DNA of 64,000 nucleotides from an uncultured cyanobacterium (GTDB lineage Bacteria; Cyanobacteriota; Cyanobacteriia; Cyanobacteriales; CAWCAG01): NCBI GenBank assembly GCA_963793425.1, contig CAWCAG010000005.1, positions 2,102,720 to 2,166,719 of the forward strand, read 5' to 3'. Shown piece by piece: positions 62,925 to 64,000 of this stretch (position 1 is its first letter; each line of letters starts with the position of its first letter). The notes under the pieces were generated by a model. It saw only the letters and a program-made list of their open reading frames with translations, ran no database searches and was not told where the DNA came from. The position numbers and the translations under genes were made by a program.

Positions 62925-63560
62925 TTATTTATTGCATTTCTTTCCTGCTTGCTCTAGCTTTTGCTGTGCCATATACAACCATTCATCCTCGTCAGCGTTT
63001 AAACGAGAACCTAATTGACAACATTTTTGCCACTCTGAGATTGCTCCTTTTTCTTTTTGCTCATCCAAAACCTGCGCTAATAAACAATTTGCTGCAACAG
63101 GGTTAGAAATATATTGAGCAGCTTCTTGACGCTGGGCGATACCAATAGCAGCTTGCAAGTGTTGTTTAGCTTCTGTGTTTCTCCCTTGCTTTAATCTTGC
63201 CCAACCCAAGTTTTTAAAAATACTATAGTTTATTTCTAAAACACTGTCTTGTTTTTCTGCAAGTACAAGTCCCTTTGATAACAAAGCCACCGCTTGAGGA
63301 TACTTTTTTTCCTTAATGTACAAACGCCCTAAGTTATTGAAAGCATCGGGAATATCTCCCCCCAGGGCAATTTGATAATTTTTCTTCGCTTTATTGAATT
63401 GCTGTAACTCTTCGTAGAGATTTCCCAAGTTGTAATAAGCATCAGCATTATCTGCATTTAAAGAAGTTGCTTTTTGCCAATCCTGCTCTGCTGAACCCAA
63501 CTTCCCGGCATCGTAATTCTTTAAACCACTACGGTTATAAAAGTTAGAAAAGGCAGGTAG
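62925..63560 (-). pseudogene. 3' part of a TPR protein interrupted by IS630
   Basis: AYYNLGNLYE and AFNNLGRLY TPR units; the first 17 codons of the listed ORF lie within the IS end. Confidence 0.75.
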
Positions 63561-64000
63561 TAGTCTGTCAAAGTAATAATGACGGATAATGTGAGATGTA
63601 AATCTTGCCAAATCTACGCTATTAATGCCAGCTAAAAAATATATTGTCTCTCTGAGTGAGGATGAACGCTTTTCACTGCAAGAATTAACCCAAAAAGGGA
63701 AAGCTGCTGCCCGAAAAATTAATCATGCTCGTATCTTACTCAAAGCAGATATTAATCAAGATAACGGGGGGTGGAATGACCAGATGATTAGCCAAGCATT
63801 GGATATCAGTACGAGAACCATTGAGAGAGTTAGACAAAGATTTGTCGAAGAAGGATTAGAACAAGCACTGAGTCCTGGTCGGAAAAACTCCTTGAAACTA
63901 AAAAAGATAGATGGAGAAGCTGAAGCTCATTTAATTGCCATAGCTTGTGGGAAATCTCCAACAGGTTCTAGCCGTTGGACTTTACGATTACTAGCTGACG
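63561..64000 (+). mobile_element. IS630-family insertion sequence (left end and partial transposase from ATG 63625; runs off the window)
   Basis: MPAKKYIVSLSEDER..HARILLKAD..TIERVRQRFVEEG..RWTLRLLAD; left end inferred at TA-GTCTGTCAA. Confidence 0.88.

Overview
Cyanobacterial chromosome segment: many HIP1 GCGATCGC octamers, short tandem repeats (STRR), psbD, a bicA-like transporter and ferredoxins. Core genes (hisF, ruvB, speD, tmk, cobQ, NAD kinase, deoC, recO, ndk, glgA, hemC) and three tRNAs (Ala-GGC, Ala-CGC, Glu-TTC) look intact and alternate with decaying accessory blocks. Two loci stand out. (1) 5.7-15.2 kb, just after tRNA-Ala(CGC): a polymorphic-toxin-like locus. It has a TPR / peptidoglycan-binding / pre-toxin-like carrier, a silent alternative C-terminal cassette sharing a 139-bp near-identical block with the carrier, a string of immunity-like genes, and a divergent AAA+ ATPase of the contractile-injection-system (Afp15/Pvc15-like) type. 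(2) 36.8-45.8 kb: a tandem array of six secreted internalin-like LRR genes (7-21 repeats in the five that keep their repeats). Between two neighbours, 13 of 14 amino-acid differences over five collinear repeats fall on the exposed LxxLxLxxN 'x' positions, suggesting a diversifying binder repertoire. Also present: a broken CHAT-STAND-WD40 gene with an in-frame MITE, a DUF262-HEPN fusion, a deleted IS4, an IS630 and REP-like elements. All family calls come from motif recognition by eye; no database searches were run.
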